Source: Tagaea sp.
Lineage (GTDB): Bacteria; Pseudomonadota; Alphaproteobacteria; CACIAM-22H2
DNA length: 64,000 nucleotides
Assembly (NCBI GenBank): GCA_965279565.1
Contig: OZ257249.1
Coordinates: 2,256,496-2,320,495, forward strand
Direction of reading: 5' to 3'
In this document: one piece after another, positions 27,600 through 36,746 of the stretch
Layout of the letters: every line of letters starts with the position of its first letter
Numbering within the stretch: the first letter of the stretch is position 1
The notes under the pieces: model-generated
What the model was told of the DNA's origin: nothing
What the model saw: the letters and a program-made list of their open reading frames with translations, nothing else
The model's database searches: none
Program-made: the position numbers and the translations under genes

Positions 27600-27898
27600 C
27601 CTTCGGCGGGCGGGGCCGGCGGCTTGGCCTGGAGATCGCCGAAGATCTTGGTGATGACGTCCTCGAGGCTCTTCTTTTCCTCGTCCTTCAGCTTCACGCC
27701 CTCGTCGATGAAATCGACGTTCGACGAGATCTGCCGGATCGCGGCGGCGAGGTAGATGTCCATGATCTCGCGGATCGCGTGGAACGCCTTGCAGTTCACC
27801 GAATCCATGCGCGAGTCGAAGATCGCCGTGATCGTTCCGCACCGGTTGAGGGTGTTCTGCAGCTCCAGTCGGCGCTTTTCGTCCATTCCGTCGGCCAT
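27596..27898 (-). CDS. Hypothetical cytoplasmic protein (100 aa)
   Basis: Helical and charged (KLKDEEKKSLEDVITKIFGDL). 4-bp overlap with the upstream plus-strand ORF stop. Confidence 0.45.
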   Translation of the reverse strand: MADGMDEKRRLELQNTLNRCGTITAIFDSRMDSVNCKAFHAIREIMDIYLAAAIRQISSNVDFIDEGVKLKDEEKKSLEDVITKIFGDLQAKPPAPPAEG

Positions 27899-27936
27899 GG
27901 AGCCTATTTAGGCGCGCTTTCGGCGGGTGGCAACTG

Positions 27937-29148
27937 TTAACCGGTCCGTGCGGCGTCGGCGCGCATGGCGCGCACAGCCATGGCGTGCAGCAGGACCGAG
28001 GCGATCCCGCACAGCATCATCGCCACGGCGAGCGGGCGCATCGTGCCGTCCTGCAGGTGCCCGATGACGAACGTGGCGAGTGCCCCCAGCGACATCTGGA
28101 AGCAACCGAGCAGGCCCGAGGCGGAGCCCGCCAGCCGCGGATTCACGCTGACCGCGCCCGCGATCAGGTTGGGCTGCGACAGGCCGTGGCAGAAGCCGAT
28201 CACGAAGATCGGCACGAAAAGCGCCCAGACCTGGAGCTCGAAGAAGAACGCCCAGACGAGGCCGAAGACCAGGCCCGGGAAGGTCAGCGCGTTTCCCAGC
28301 CGCGCCATCCGGTCGAGCCCGATGCGCTGCGAATAGCGGCCGGTCGCGTAGTTCCCGAACAGGTAGCCGAGCGCGCAGCCGGCGAACCAGAAGCCGTATT
28401 CGGACGGCGGCCGGCCGAGCACGCTTACCATCAGATAGGGGGCCGCCACGAGGAAGCAGAAGAACGACATCGTGTTGCACGTCATCGCCAGCGTGTAGCC
28501 GAGGAAGGCGCGGCTGCGCACCAGCGACGTCCAGCCGCGCACGAGCTGGCCCATCTCGACGTTGGCGATGCGGTTGTGGTTGGTCTCCGGGCAGCGCAGG
28601 GCCGCCGCGACCGTGACGGCCGCCACGAAGACGAGGATCACGGCGAAGCTCGCCCGCCACGAGAAATGCTCGTCGAGCAGGCCGCCGATCGACGGGGCGA
28701 CCATCGGCATCAGCGACATGCCCATCGTGACGTAGGCGATCTCGCTCGCCGCCCGGTCGCGCGAGTGCAGGTCGCGCACGATCGCGCGGGCGAGCACCAG
28801 GCCCGCGCACGATCCGAAGGCCTGCGCGAAGCGCCCGGCAAGCAGCCCTTCCATCGAGGTCGCGAACAGGCAGGCGAGGCTGCCCGCAAGGCCGAGGGTC
28901 AGGCCGACGAGCAGGACCGGCCGCCGGCCGTAGCTGTCGGAAAACGGCCCGTAGACGAGCTGGCCGACGGCCACGCCGACCAGAAACAGCGTCAAGGCGA
29001 GCTGGGCAGTGCCATAGCTCGACTCGAACGCTTCCGCCAGGCGCGGTAGCGAGGGAATGAAGACGTTCAGCGCGAACGGCCCGCAACTGCTGATGCCGAC
29101 AAGCAGCCAGAGGGGCGGGCGCGCGATCAGGGGCGAGTCTTTCTGCAC
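27937..29148 (-). CDS. MFS transporter, Bcr/CflA drug-resistance efflux subfamily
   Basis: 12 TM helices with the conserved GPFSDSYGRRPVLL motif A. Divergent from the large transglutaminase gene. Confidence 0.8.
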   Translation of the reverse strand: MQKDSPLIARPPLWLLVGISSCGPFALNVFIPSLPRLAEAFESSYGTAQLALTLFLVGVAVGQLVYGPFSDSYGRRPVLLVGLTLGLAGSLACLFATSMEGLLAGRFAQAFGSCAGLVLARAIVRDLHSRDRAASEIAYVTMGMSLMPMVAPSIGGLLDEHFSWRASFAVILVFVAAVTVAAALRCPETNHNRIANVEMGQLVRGWTSLVRSRAFLGYTLAMTCNTMSFFCFLVAAPYLMVSVLGRPPSEYGFWFAGCALGYLFGNYATGRYSQRIGLDRMARLGNALTFPGLVFGLVWAFFFELQVWALFVPIFVIGFCHGLSQPNLIAGAVSVNPRLAGSASGLLGCFQMSLGALATFVIGHLQDGTMRPLAVAMMLCGIASVLLHAMAVRAMRADAARTG

Positions 29149-29296
29149 GGTTGGCGCAATCTAGCGGGCTGGCGCGACCATTGCACTGTAGTTGCACGCG
29201 CCTTGCAGGCAGGGCGGGTACACTTGCAACGCATGGCGATCCGGCGCACCTTGCGCCGCATCGCTCCCCCTTCTTTTGGGAACAGTCGGCACGACC

Positions 29297-32200
29297 ATGA
29301 CCCTGCACGTGGCATTGCACCACCGGACGGCCTACCGCTACGACCGGCTGATCAATCTCGGGCCCCAGATCGTCCGGCTGCGCCCGGCCCCGCATTCGCG
29401 CACGCCCGTCCTGTCCTATTCGCTGACGATCGAGCCGAAGCCCAATTTTCTGAACTGGCAGCAGGACCCGCAGGGCAACTGGCTGGCCCGTCTCGTGTTC
29501 CCCGAGAAGACCGACCATTTCACGGTCGATGTCGATCTCGTCGCCGACATGGCGATCGTCAATCCGTTCGACTTCTTCCTCGAGCCCTATGCCGAGAAGT
29601 TCCCGTTCAAGTACGAGGACGGATTGCTGGAAGACCTCGCCCCGTTCATGAAGCCGGAGAAGGCCGGCCCGCTGCTCGCCAAGTGGCTGGCCCAGGTACC
29701 CAAGGAAGCCGAACGCACGATCGACTTCCTCGTCGGCCTCAACCAGCGCCTGCAGAAAGACATCGGCTACATCATCCGTCTCGAACCGGGCGTGCAGACC
29801 TTCGAGCAGACGCTGTCGCTGGGCAAGGGTTCGTGCCGCGACACGGGCTGGCTGCTCGTCCAGATCCTGCGCCATCTCGGGTTTGCCGCACGCTTCGTGT
29901 CGGGCTACCTGATCCAGCTCGTCGCCGACCAGAAGGCGCTCGACGGACCGTCGGGCACCGAGATCGATTTCACCGACCTTCACGCGTGGACGGAAGTGTA
30001 CATGCCGGGTGCCGGCTGGATCGGGCTCGATCCTACGTCGGGCCTGATGACGGGCGAAGGGCACATCCCGCTCGCCGCCACGCCGGCCCCGTCGTCGGCC
30101 GCCCCGGTCGAAGGGCTGATCGAGAAGTGCGAGGTCGAGTTCCATCACGAAATGAAGGTCATGCGCGTGGCCGAGAGTGCCCGCGTCACCAAGCCCTATA
30201 CGGAAGAGACGTGGGCGAAGATCGAAGCACTCGGCCACACGGTCGACGGTCATCTTGCCAAGGGCGACGTGCGCCTGACGATGGGCGGCGAGCCGACCTT
30301 CGTGTCGATCGACGACATGGACGGGCCGGAATGGAATACGGCCGCCCTCGGACCGACCAAGCGCCGGCTCGCGGGCAACCTGCTGAAGCGCCTGCAGCGC
30401 CTGTGGTCGCCCGGTGCCCTGCTGCATTACGGACAAGGCAAGTGGTATCCGGGCGAACAGCTGCCGCGCTGGGCGCTGGGCTGCTTCTGGCGAAAGGACG
30501 GCGAACCGATCTGGCGCGATCCCGCGCTGATCGCGGACGACACGCTCAAGTCCAACGTCAACTACGAGCATGCCGAACGCTTCGCGCACCGGCTGTGCGA
30601 ACGCCTCGGCATTCCCGAGCAGTTCGCGCACCGCGCCTATGAGGACGCCTGGTATTACCTGTGGCGCGAGCAGCGCCTGCCGGTGAATGTCGATCCGCTG
30701 AAATCGAACCTGAAGGACCCCGAGGAGCGCGCGCGCCTTTCGCGCATCTTCGAGAAGGGCCTCGACGAGCCGGTCGGCGTGATGCTGCCGATCCATCGCG
30801 GCTGGCAGGGCGGGGCGCGCAAATGGACCAGCGGCTTCTGGTTCGTGCGCCCGCAGCACATGTTCCTCATCCCCGGCGATTCGCCGATGGGCTACCGCCT
30901 GCCGCTCGACAGCGTGCCGTGGGTGGCACCGGCCGACTATCCCTATCACTGGGAGCGTGATCCGTTCGAGGATCTGCCGCCGCTGCCCGCGCGCGACAAG
31001 CGCGAACGCTCGCTCGCCGTGTCGGGCAACGCGCCGCGTACCGGCTTCGCCCATCAGGGCGGCATGGGAACGGGGCCGGACGGCCGCCCGTTGGCGCCCG
31101 ACCGCAAGATGCTCGACGAGCTGCGCCGGCGCGAGCGCAACTCGATCAAGCCGCAGAGCTCGGCCTCGTGGGTCGTGCGCACGGCCATGTGCATCGAGCC
31201 GCGCGACGGGCTGCTGCACGTCTTCATGCCGCCCTGTCCGACGGCGGAGGACTATCTCGACCTCATCGCCAGCATCGAGGACACGGCCGCCGATCTCGGC
31301 CAGCCGGTGCTGATCGAGGGCTACGCCCCGCCGTCCGATCCGCGCATCGAGAGCTTCTCGGTCACGCCCGATCCCGGCGTGATCGAGGTAAACGTGCATC
31401 CCGCGAAATCGTGGAGCGAGATCGTCGACCGCACGACCGTGCTCTACGAGGAAGCGCGCCAGACGCGTCTGGGTTCCGAGAAGTTCATGGTCGACGGCCG
31501 CCATGTCGGCACCGGCGGGGGCAACCATTTCGTGCTCGGCGGCTCGACACCCGCGGACTCGCCGTGGCTGCGCCGGCCCGACCTGCTCGGCTCGATGCTG
31601 CGCTTCTGGCACAACCATCCGAGCCTTTCCTATCTGTTCTCGGGCCTGTTCATCGGGCCGACCTCGCAGCATCCGCGCGTCGACGAGGCGCGCGAGGACC
31701 AGGTGCACGAGCTGGAGCTGGCGCTTTCCCAGCTTCCCGCGAAGGACACGGCCGGCATCGCGCCGTGGCTCGTCGACCGGGTCCTGCGCAACGTGCTGGT
31801 CGATCTCACCGGCAACACGCACCGCACCGAGTTCTGCGTCGACAAGCTGTTCTCGCCCGACCATTCGGGCGGGCGGCGCGGGCTCGTGGAACTGCGCGCC
31901 TTCGAGATGCCGCCGCATGCGCGCATGAGCCTCGTCCAGCAGCTGCTGCTGCGCAGCCTCGTGTCGCATTTCTGGGAAGAGCCCTACACGCACCGTCTCG
32001 TGCGCTGGGGCAACCGCGTCCACGACCGCTTCATGCTGCCGCACTTCGTGCGCGAGGACCTGACCGACGTGCTCGAGACGATGCGCGACGCGGGCTACGG
32101 ATTCGAGGATTCGTGGTTCGATCCGCACCACGAGTTCCGCTTCCCCAAGCTCGGCTCGGTCGCCTATCGCGGCGTCGACATCGAGCTTCGCCACGCGCTC

Positions 32201-32680
32201 GAGCCCTGGCACGTGCTGGGCGAGGAGGCGGGGGCGGGAGGTACCGTGCGCTATGTCGACAGTTCGCTCGAACGCCTGCAGGTGCGCGTGCGCAACCTCG
32301 TCGATTCGCGCCACACGATCCTGTGCAACGGCGTGGCCGTTCCGCTGCATCCGACCGGCACGGCCGGCGAATACGTCGCGGGCGTGCGTTTCCGCGCGTG
32401 GAACCCGTCCTCGGCGCTGCACCCCACCGTCGGCGTGCATGCCCCGCTGGTGTTCGACCTGCACGACGGCTGGACCGGCCGTTCGGTCGGCGGCTGCACC
32501 TATCACGTCGCGCATCCCGGCGGGCGCAACTACGACAAGTTCCCGGTCAACGCGAACGAGGCCGAGGCGCGCCGGCGCGCGCGCTTCTTCGACATCGGTC
32601 ATACGCCGGGCCGCATGACGCCGCGTATTCCCGTCCCGAACCCCGATTTTCCGCTGACCCTTGACCTGCGCCGTGGCTAG
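29297..32680 (+). CDS. Large transglutaminase-like family protein (N-terminal Tgl cysteine-protease core plus DUF2126-type C-terminal extension), 1127 aa
   Basis: Catalytic triad intact: GKGSCRDTGW, DLHAWTEVYMPG, WIGLDPTSG. Conserved DUF2126-like C-terminal region. Confidence 0.85.
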   Translation: MTLHVALHHRTAYRYDRLINLGPQIVRLRPAPHSRTPVLSYSLTIEPKPNFLNWQQDPQGNWLARLVFPEKTDHFTVDVDLVADMAIVNPFDFFLEPYAEKFPFKYEDGLLEDLAPFMKPEKAGPLLAKWLAQVPKEAERTIDFLVGLNQRLQKDIGYIIRLEPGVQTFEQTLSLGKGSCRDTGWLLVQILRHLGFAARFVSGYLIQLVADQKALDGPSGTEIDFTDLHAWTEVYMPGAGWIGLDPTSGLMTGEGHIPLAATPAPSSAAPVEGLIEKCEVEFHHEMKVMRVAESARVTKPYTEETWAKIEALGHTVDGHLAKGDVRLTMGGEPTFVSIDDMDGPEWNTAALGPTKRRLAGNLLKRLQRLWSPGALLHYGQGKWYPGEQLPRWALGCFWRKDGEPIWRDPALIADDTLKSNVNYEHAERFAHRLCERLGIPEQFAHRAYEDAWYYLWREQRLPVNVDPLKSNLKDPEERARLSRIFEKGLDEPVGVMLPIHRGWQGGARKWTSGFWFVRPQHMFLIPGDSPMGYRLPLDSVPWVAPADYPYHWERDPFEDLPPLPARDKRERSLAVSGNAPRTGFAHQGGMGTGPDGRPLAPDRKMLDELRRRERNSIKPQSSASWVVRTAMCIEPRDGLLHVFMPPCPTAEDYLDLIASIEDTAADLGQPVLIEGYAPPSDPRIESFSVTPDPGVIEVNVHPAKSWSEIVDRTTVLYEEARQTRLGSEKFMVDGRHVGTGGGNHFVLGGSTPADSPWLRRPDLLGSMLRFWHNHPSLSYLFSGLFIGPTSQHPRVDEAREDQVHELELALSQLPAKDTAGIAPWLVDRVLRNVLVDLTGNTHRTEFCVDKLFSPDHSGGRRGLVELRAFEMPPHARMSLVQQLLLRSLVSHFWEEPYTHRLVRWGNRVHDRFMLPHFVREDLTDVLETMRDAGYGFEDSWFDPHHEFRFPKLGSVAYRGVDIELRHALEPWHVLGEEAGAGGTVRYVDSSLERLQVRVRNLVDSRHTILCNGVAVPLHPTGTAGEYVAGVRFRAWNPSSALHPTVGVHAPLVFDLHDGWTGRSVGGCTYHVAHPGGRNYDKFPVNANEAEARRRARFFDIGHTPGRMTPRIPVPNPDFPLTLDLRRG

Positions 32681-32721
32681 CCTTCAAGCTTCGCGATTGC
32701 CCTGACCAGCCCGAGGAGTCG

Positions 32722-35274
32722 ATGGAGGAAGCGCGCCTGACCGCTGCTGCCGGTGCCGAGCCGGCGGCCGACAAGCCGCCGCCCTTCGACGAGATGGTCA
32801 CGGGGGCGGGGCAGATCCGTCCGCACTGGCAGCCTTTGATGGGGGCGCTGCGCACGCTGCCTTCGGGCGCGCTGGCCGAGCGCATGGACCGCGCGCGCCG
32901 CCAATACGACGAGAACGGCGTCACCTACAACGTCTTCGCCGAGACGCGCGGGCCGCAGCGGCCCTGGCAGTTCGACCTGCTGCCGCTGCCGATCCCGGCC
33001 GAGGAATGGGCGGGGATCGAATCGGCCCTCGTCAAGCGCGCCACGCTGCTCGACAAGATCCTCGCCGACATCTACGGCCCGCAGAGCCTGATCCGCGACC
33101 GGCTGCTGCCGCCGGCCCTCGTCCACACCAATCCCGCCTTCCTGCGCCCGTGCCACGGCGTGACGCCCGCCAACGGCGCGCCGTTCCTGCATTTCTATGC
33201 GGCCGACATCGCGCGCGGGCTCGACGGGCGCTGGCGCGTGTGCGCCGACCGCGTCAACGCGCCGTCGGGGGCAGGCTACGCGCTGGAGAACCGCAACGTG
33301 CTGATGCGCACGCTGCCCGAGCTGTTCCAGGCCTCGACCGTGCGCCGCCTCGGGCCGTTCTTCGAGCTGTGGCAGGCGGCCCTTGCGCAGCTTGCACCCA
33401 AGCATCGCGAGAATCCGCGCATCGTGCTGCTCACGCCCGGCCCCTACAGCGAGACCTATTTCGAGCATGTCTATCTCGCACGCCAGCTCGGCCTGACGCT
33501 GGCCGAGGGTGCGGATCTCACCGTGCGCGACGCCAAGGTGTTCCTGAAGACGCTCGGCGGCCTGCAGCAGGTCGACGTGATCCTGCGCCGGCTCGACGAC
33601 GACTACTGCGATCCGGTCGAGCTGCGCCCGGAATCGGCGATCGGCGTGGCAGGGCTGGTCGATGCCGTGCGCGCGGGCAGCGTCACGCTCGCCAACGCGC
33701 TGGGGGCCGGCGTGGTCGAAACGCCGGCGATCCTGCCGTTCCTGCCGGGCCTCGCGCAGCGCCTGCTGGGCGAGGATCTCGGCATGCCGTCGATCGAGAC
33801 CTGGTGGCTCGGCCAACGCGCCGTGTTCGACCAGGTGGTCGAGCGCATCGAGGACTACGTCTTCCGCCCGTGCTTCGCCGGCGACGGGTTCGAGCCGGCG
33901 GTCGTCGGCTCCGACGTCGAGCCGGGCAAGCGCAAGGCCTTCATCGAACGCCTGCGCGCGCGCCCGCACCGCTACGTGGCGCAGGCGCGCATGCACAAGT
34001 CGGCGATGCCGGTCTGGTCGGCGAACGGCCTGATCCCGCGCCCGCTGATGGTGCGCTGCTTCCTGGTGCGCCACGAAGGCACCTACGTGCCGATGCCCGG
34101 CGGCATGACGCGCGTATCGGCCGACGACACCGGCGTCGACATCTCGATGCAGCGCGGTGGTGCGGCCAAGGACACGTGGGTGATCGAGCGCGAGCTTGCC
34201 CCCGTCGTCGTGGGCACGCGTTCGCAGGCGGCGCGCGAGCCGCTGCGCCGCTCGGCGGGCGAACTGCAGAGCCGCGTGGCCGACAATCTCTTCTGGCTCG
34301 GCCGCTATGCCGAGCGGCTGGACAATGCCGCGCGCCTGATGCGCGCGAGCCTGATGCGCGTTCCCGCCGGCGGGGCGTCGGCGCGCGAACTGGCCGAGTT
34401 CCAGGCGCTCGCGCGCATGCTGGGCGAACGCGGCCTCGTCGAGCGCACGATGGGCGGGTTGCCCGATGGCCGCTCGATGATGGAAGCGCTGGGCCACGCC
34501 TGCGGTTCCGACCAGGGCATTTCGCACCTGTTCCAGGCGATCCAGCGCATCGCACCCACCGTGCGCGACCGCCTGTCGGCCGACATGTGGAACGTCGTCA
34601 ACGACCTGCTGCGCGACGCACGCCTGCGCCTGGAAGGCCAGCCGGGCGATGCCGACCGCCTGCTCGAAGGTATGGACCACACGATCGGCGTGTGCGCCGC
34701 CTTCCACGGCATGGCGTCGGAGAACATGACGCGCGGCTCGGGCTGGCGCTTCCTCGATCTCGGCCGGCGCCTCGAACGTGCGGCGCACGGCGCTTCGGTC
34801 GTGCGCGACGTGTTCGCCGCGTCGGGCCACGGGTCGGAGCCGTGGCTGCGCCTGCTGCTGGAGCTCTGCGACAGCTCGATCACCTACCGCACGCGCTACA
34901 TGGCGGCGGTGCAGCCGGCCCCCGTGCTCGACCTGCTGCTGTGCGACGACACGAACCCGCGCTCGGTCGCCTTCCAGCTCCAGCTCGTCGCCGAGCATCT
35001 CGACCGGCTCGCGCGCCGCGACGTACGCCCGCTCTCGCAGCCCGAGCAGAAGATCGCGCGCGCGGCCCTGACGGCCGTCGAACTGTTCGATGTCGAGCGC
35101 GTCGGTTCGACGATCGACCGCGACGCGATGGGGCTGCTCGACGACCTGGTTGGCGGCATGCAGGGCCGGCTCGCCGACCTGTCGGAGGCGATCACGCGCG
35201 CCTATTTCAGCCATGTCGAGACGGTCCAGTCGATCGGCTACGAGGTGGCGCCCGCCCGCGAGGACGGCGCATGA
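32722..35274 (+). CDS. Circularly permuted ATP-grasp type 2 domain fused to an alpha-E domain (COG2307/COG2308-like amidoligase)
   Basis: 850 aa. ATP-grasp-like N-terminal half and helical alpha-E C-terminal half (NLFWLGRYAERLDNAARLMRA...). Confidence 0.85.
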   Translation: MEEARLTAAAGAEPAADKPPPFDEMVTGAGQIRPHWQPLMGALRTLPSGALAERMDRARRQYDENGVTYNVFAETRGPQRPWQFDLLPLPIPAEEWAGIESALVKRATLLDKILADIYGPQSLIRDRLLPPALVHTNPAFLRPCHGVTPANGAPFLHFYAADIARGLDGRWRVCADRVNAPSGAGYALENRNVLMRTLPELFQASTVRRLGPFFELWQAALAQLAPKHRENPRIVLLTPGPYSETYFEHVYLARQLGLTLAEGADLTVRDAKVFLKTLGGLQQVDVILRRLDDDYCDPVELRPESAIGVAGLVDAVRAGSVTLANALGAGVVETPAILPFLPGLAQRLLGEDLGMPSIETWWLGQRAVFDQVVERIEDYVFRPCFAGDGFEPAVVGSDVEPGKRKAFIERLRARPHRYVAQARMHKSAMPVWSANGLIPRPLMVRCFLVRHEGTYVPMPGGMTRVSADDTGVDISMQRGGAAKDTWVIERELAPVVVGTRSQAAREPLRRSAGELQSRVADNLFWLGRYAERLDNAARLMRASLMRVPAGGASARELAEFQALARMLGERGLVERTMGGLPDGRSMMEALGHACGSDQGISHLFQAIQRIAPTVRDRLSADMWNVVNDLLRDARLRLEGQPGDADRLLEGMDHTIGVCAAFHGMASENMTRGSGWRFLDLGRRLERAAHGASVVRDVFAASGHGSEPWLRLLLELCDSSITYRTRYMAAVQPAPVLDLLLCDDTNPRSVAFQLQLVAEHLDRLARRDVRPLSQPEQKIARAALTAVELFDVERVGSTIDRDAMGLLDDLVGGMQGRLADLSEAITRAYFSHVETVQSIGYEVAPAREDGA

Positions 35275-36173
35275 TCTACGACGTCGTCCATCGCACGACC
35301 TACCGCTATGCCGAGCCGGTCGATCTTTCCTATCACGTGATGCGCCTCAGCCCTCGCGCACTGACCCACCAGCGCGTGCTGCGCACCGCCGTGATCGCGA
35401 CACCGGCCCCCGTGCGCGTGCACGACACGACCGACTATTTCGGCAACGTCTCGACCTACATGTCGCTCGAGGAGCCGCACGCCGAACTCGTCGTCGACGC
35501 GCGCTGTGCGGTCGACGTGCAGTTCCCGGCACCGCCCGATTCCGCATCGACCCCGCCGTGGGAACAGGTGCGCGATTCCCTCGACGGCGGCGGCCTGCCG
35601 ACCGAGACGCTGGCGGTCGAGTTCGTGCGCGAATCCCCGCTTGTCGCGGTCGACGACGCGGTGCGCGAGTTCGCGGCCCCGTCCTTTGCGCCCGGCCGTC
35701 CGGTGCTGGCCTGCTTCCTCGACCTCAACCGGCGGATCAAGGCGGAGTTCACGTTCGACCCGCGCGCCACCGGTGTCGCCACCGCCGTGCGCGAGGTCAT
35801 GCAGCTGCGCCGCGGCGTGTGCCAGGATTTCGCGCACGTGATGATCGCGAGCATCCGCGCGATGGGCCTCGCCGCGCGCTACGTGTCGGGCTACATCCGC
35901 ACCCACGCGCCGGCCGGCCAGCCACGCCGCATCGGCGCCGACGCGAGCCATGCGTGGGTCGGCGTCTTCGTGCCGGGTGCGGGCTGGATCGATCTCGACC
36001 CGACGAACGATCTGGTCGTCCACGACGAACACGTCGTTCTCGGCTGGGGCCGCGACTATGGCGACATCGCGCCGATCCGCGGCGTCATCCTCGGCGGCGG
36101 GACGCACCGGCTGGACGTGTCGGTCGACCTGCGCCCGCTCGACGTCTCATACGCGTCGGAACAGGACGGATAG
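35271..36173 (+). CDS. Transglutaminase-like cysteine protease family protein (bact_TGnt N-domain plus Tgl core)
   Basis: MIYDVVHRTTYRYAEPV N-domain. Triad RRGVCQDFAHV, SHAWVGVFVPGAGWIDLDPTN. ATGA coupling with the upstream ATP-grasp gene. Confidence 0.85.
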   Translation: MIYDVVHRTTYRYAEPVDLSYHVMRLSPRALTHQRVLRTAVIATPAPVRVHDTTDYFGNVSTYMSLEEPHAELVVDARCAVDVQFPAPPDSASTPPWEQVRDSLDGGGLPTETLAVEFVRESPLVAVDDAVREFAAPSFAPGRPVLACFLDLNRRIKAEFTFDPRATGVATAVREVMQLRRGVCQDFAHVMIASIRAMGLAARYVSGYIRTHAPAGQPRRIGADASHAWVGVFVPGAGWIDLDPTNDLVVHDEHVVLGWGRDYGDIAPIRGVILGGGTHRLDVSVDLRPLDVSYASEQDG

Positions 36174-36746
36174 GTTGTTGGCCGGCATCGCGACGACCGT
36201 CGGCGACGCGAACCCTTCCGCCGCCGCGATCACGTCGGCGAGATCGCGCACACCCCATGCCGGATCGCGTGCGCGCAGGCTTTCGTCGAACGAAGCGTTC
36301 GACGGTGCGGTGTGCGCGCCGTCGCGCATGAAGGGCCCGTACAGGTAGAGAAGCCCGCCGGGCGCGAGCAGCCGGGCGGCACCGCGCATCAGGCCGAGGC
36401 ACGCGGCCCAGGGTGCGATGTGGATCATGTTGATGCACAGCACCGCGTCGGCCGTGGCGAGCGGCCAGATTTCCGCCGTCGCGTCGAGGGCCAGCGGGGG
36501 CAGCAGGTTCGGCCCGCCGTCGGACGCGATCCACGCGGCGATCGAGGCGCGGTTGGCGGGATCTGGGTCGCTCGGCTGCCAGACAAGCGTGGGGAAGGCG
36601 GCGGCGAACGCAAGCGCATGCTCGCCGGAGCCCGAGGCGATCTCCAGTGCGGTCCCGCTTGCGGGCAGGCGCTCGCGCAGGACGTCGAGGATCGGTTCGC
36701 GGTTGCGCGCGACGGCGGGGGCCTGGCGGCGCGCGTCGCCGGTCAT
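36147..36746 (-). CDS. DUF938-family class I SAM-dependent methyltransferase-like protein
   Basis: 199 aa from MTGDARRQAPAVARNREPILDVL. 27-bp convergent overlap with the 3' end of the transglutaminase gene. Confidence 0.6.
   Translation of the reverse strand: MTGDARRQAPAVARNREPILDVLRERLPASGTALEIASGSGEHALAFAAAFPTLVWQPSDPDPANRASIAAWIASDGGPNLLPPLALDATAEIWPLATADAVLCINMIHIAPWAACLGLMRGAARLLAPGGLLYLYGPFMRDGAHTAPSNASFDESLRARDPAWGVRDLADVIAAAEGFASPTVVAMPANNLSVLFRRV

Noticed and set aside
27908-32602. 1564-aa minus-strand ORF covering the MFS and large transglutaminase genes
   Set aside because: Antisense artifact. The sense-strand genes carry intact catalytic motifs and TM topology.
32677-35214. 845-aa minus-strand ORF antisense to the ATP-grasp/alpha-E gene
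   Set aside because: Low-complexity antisense translation. The sense gene is supported by conserved domain features and translational coupling.
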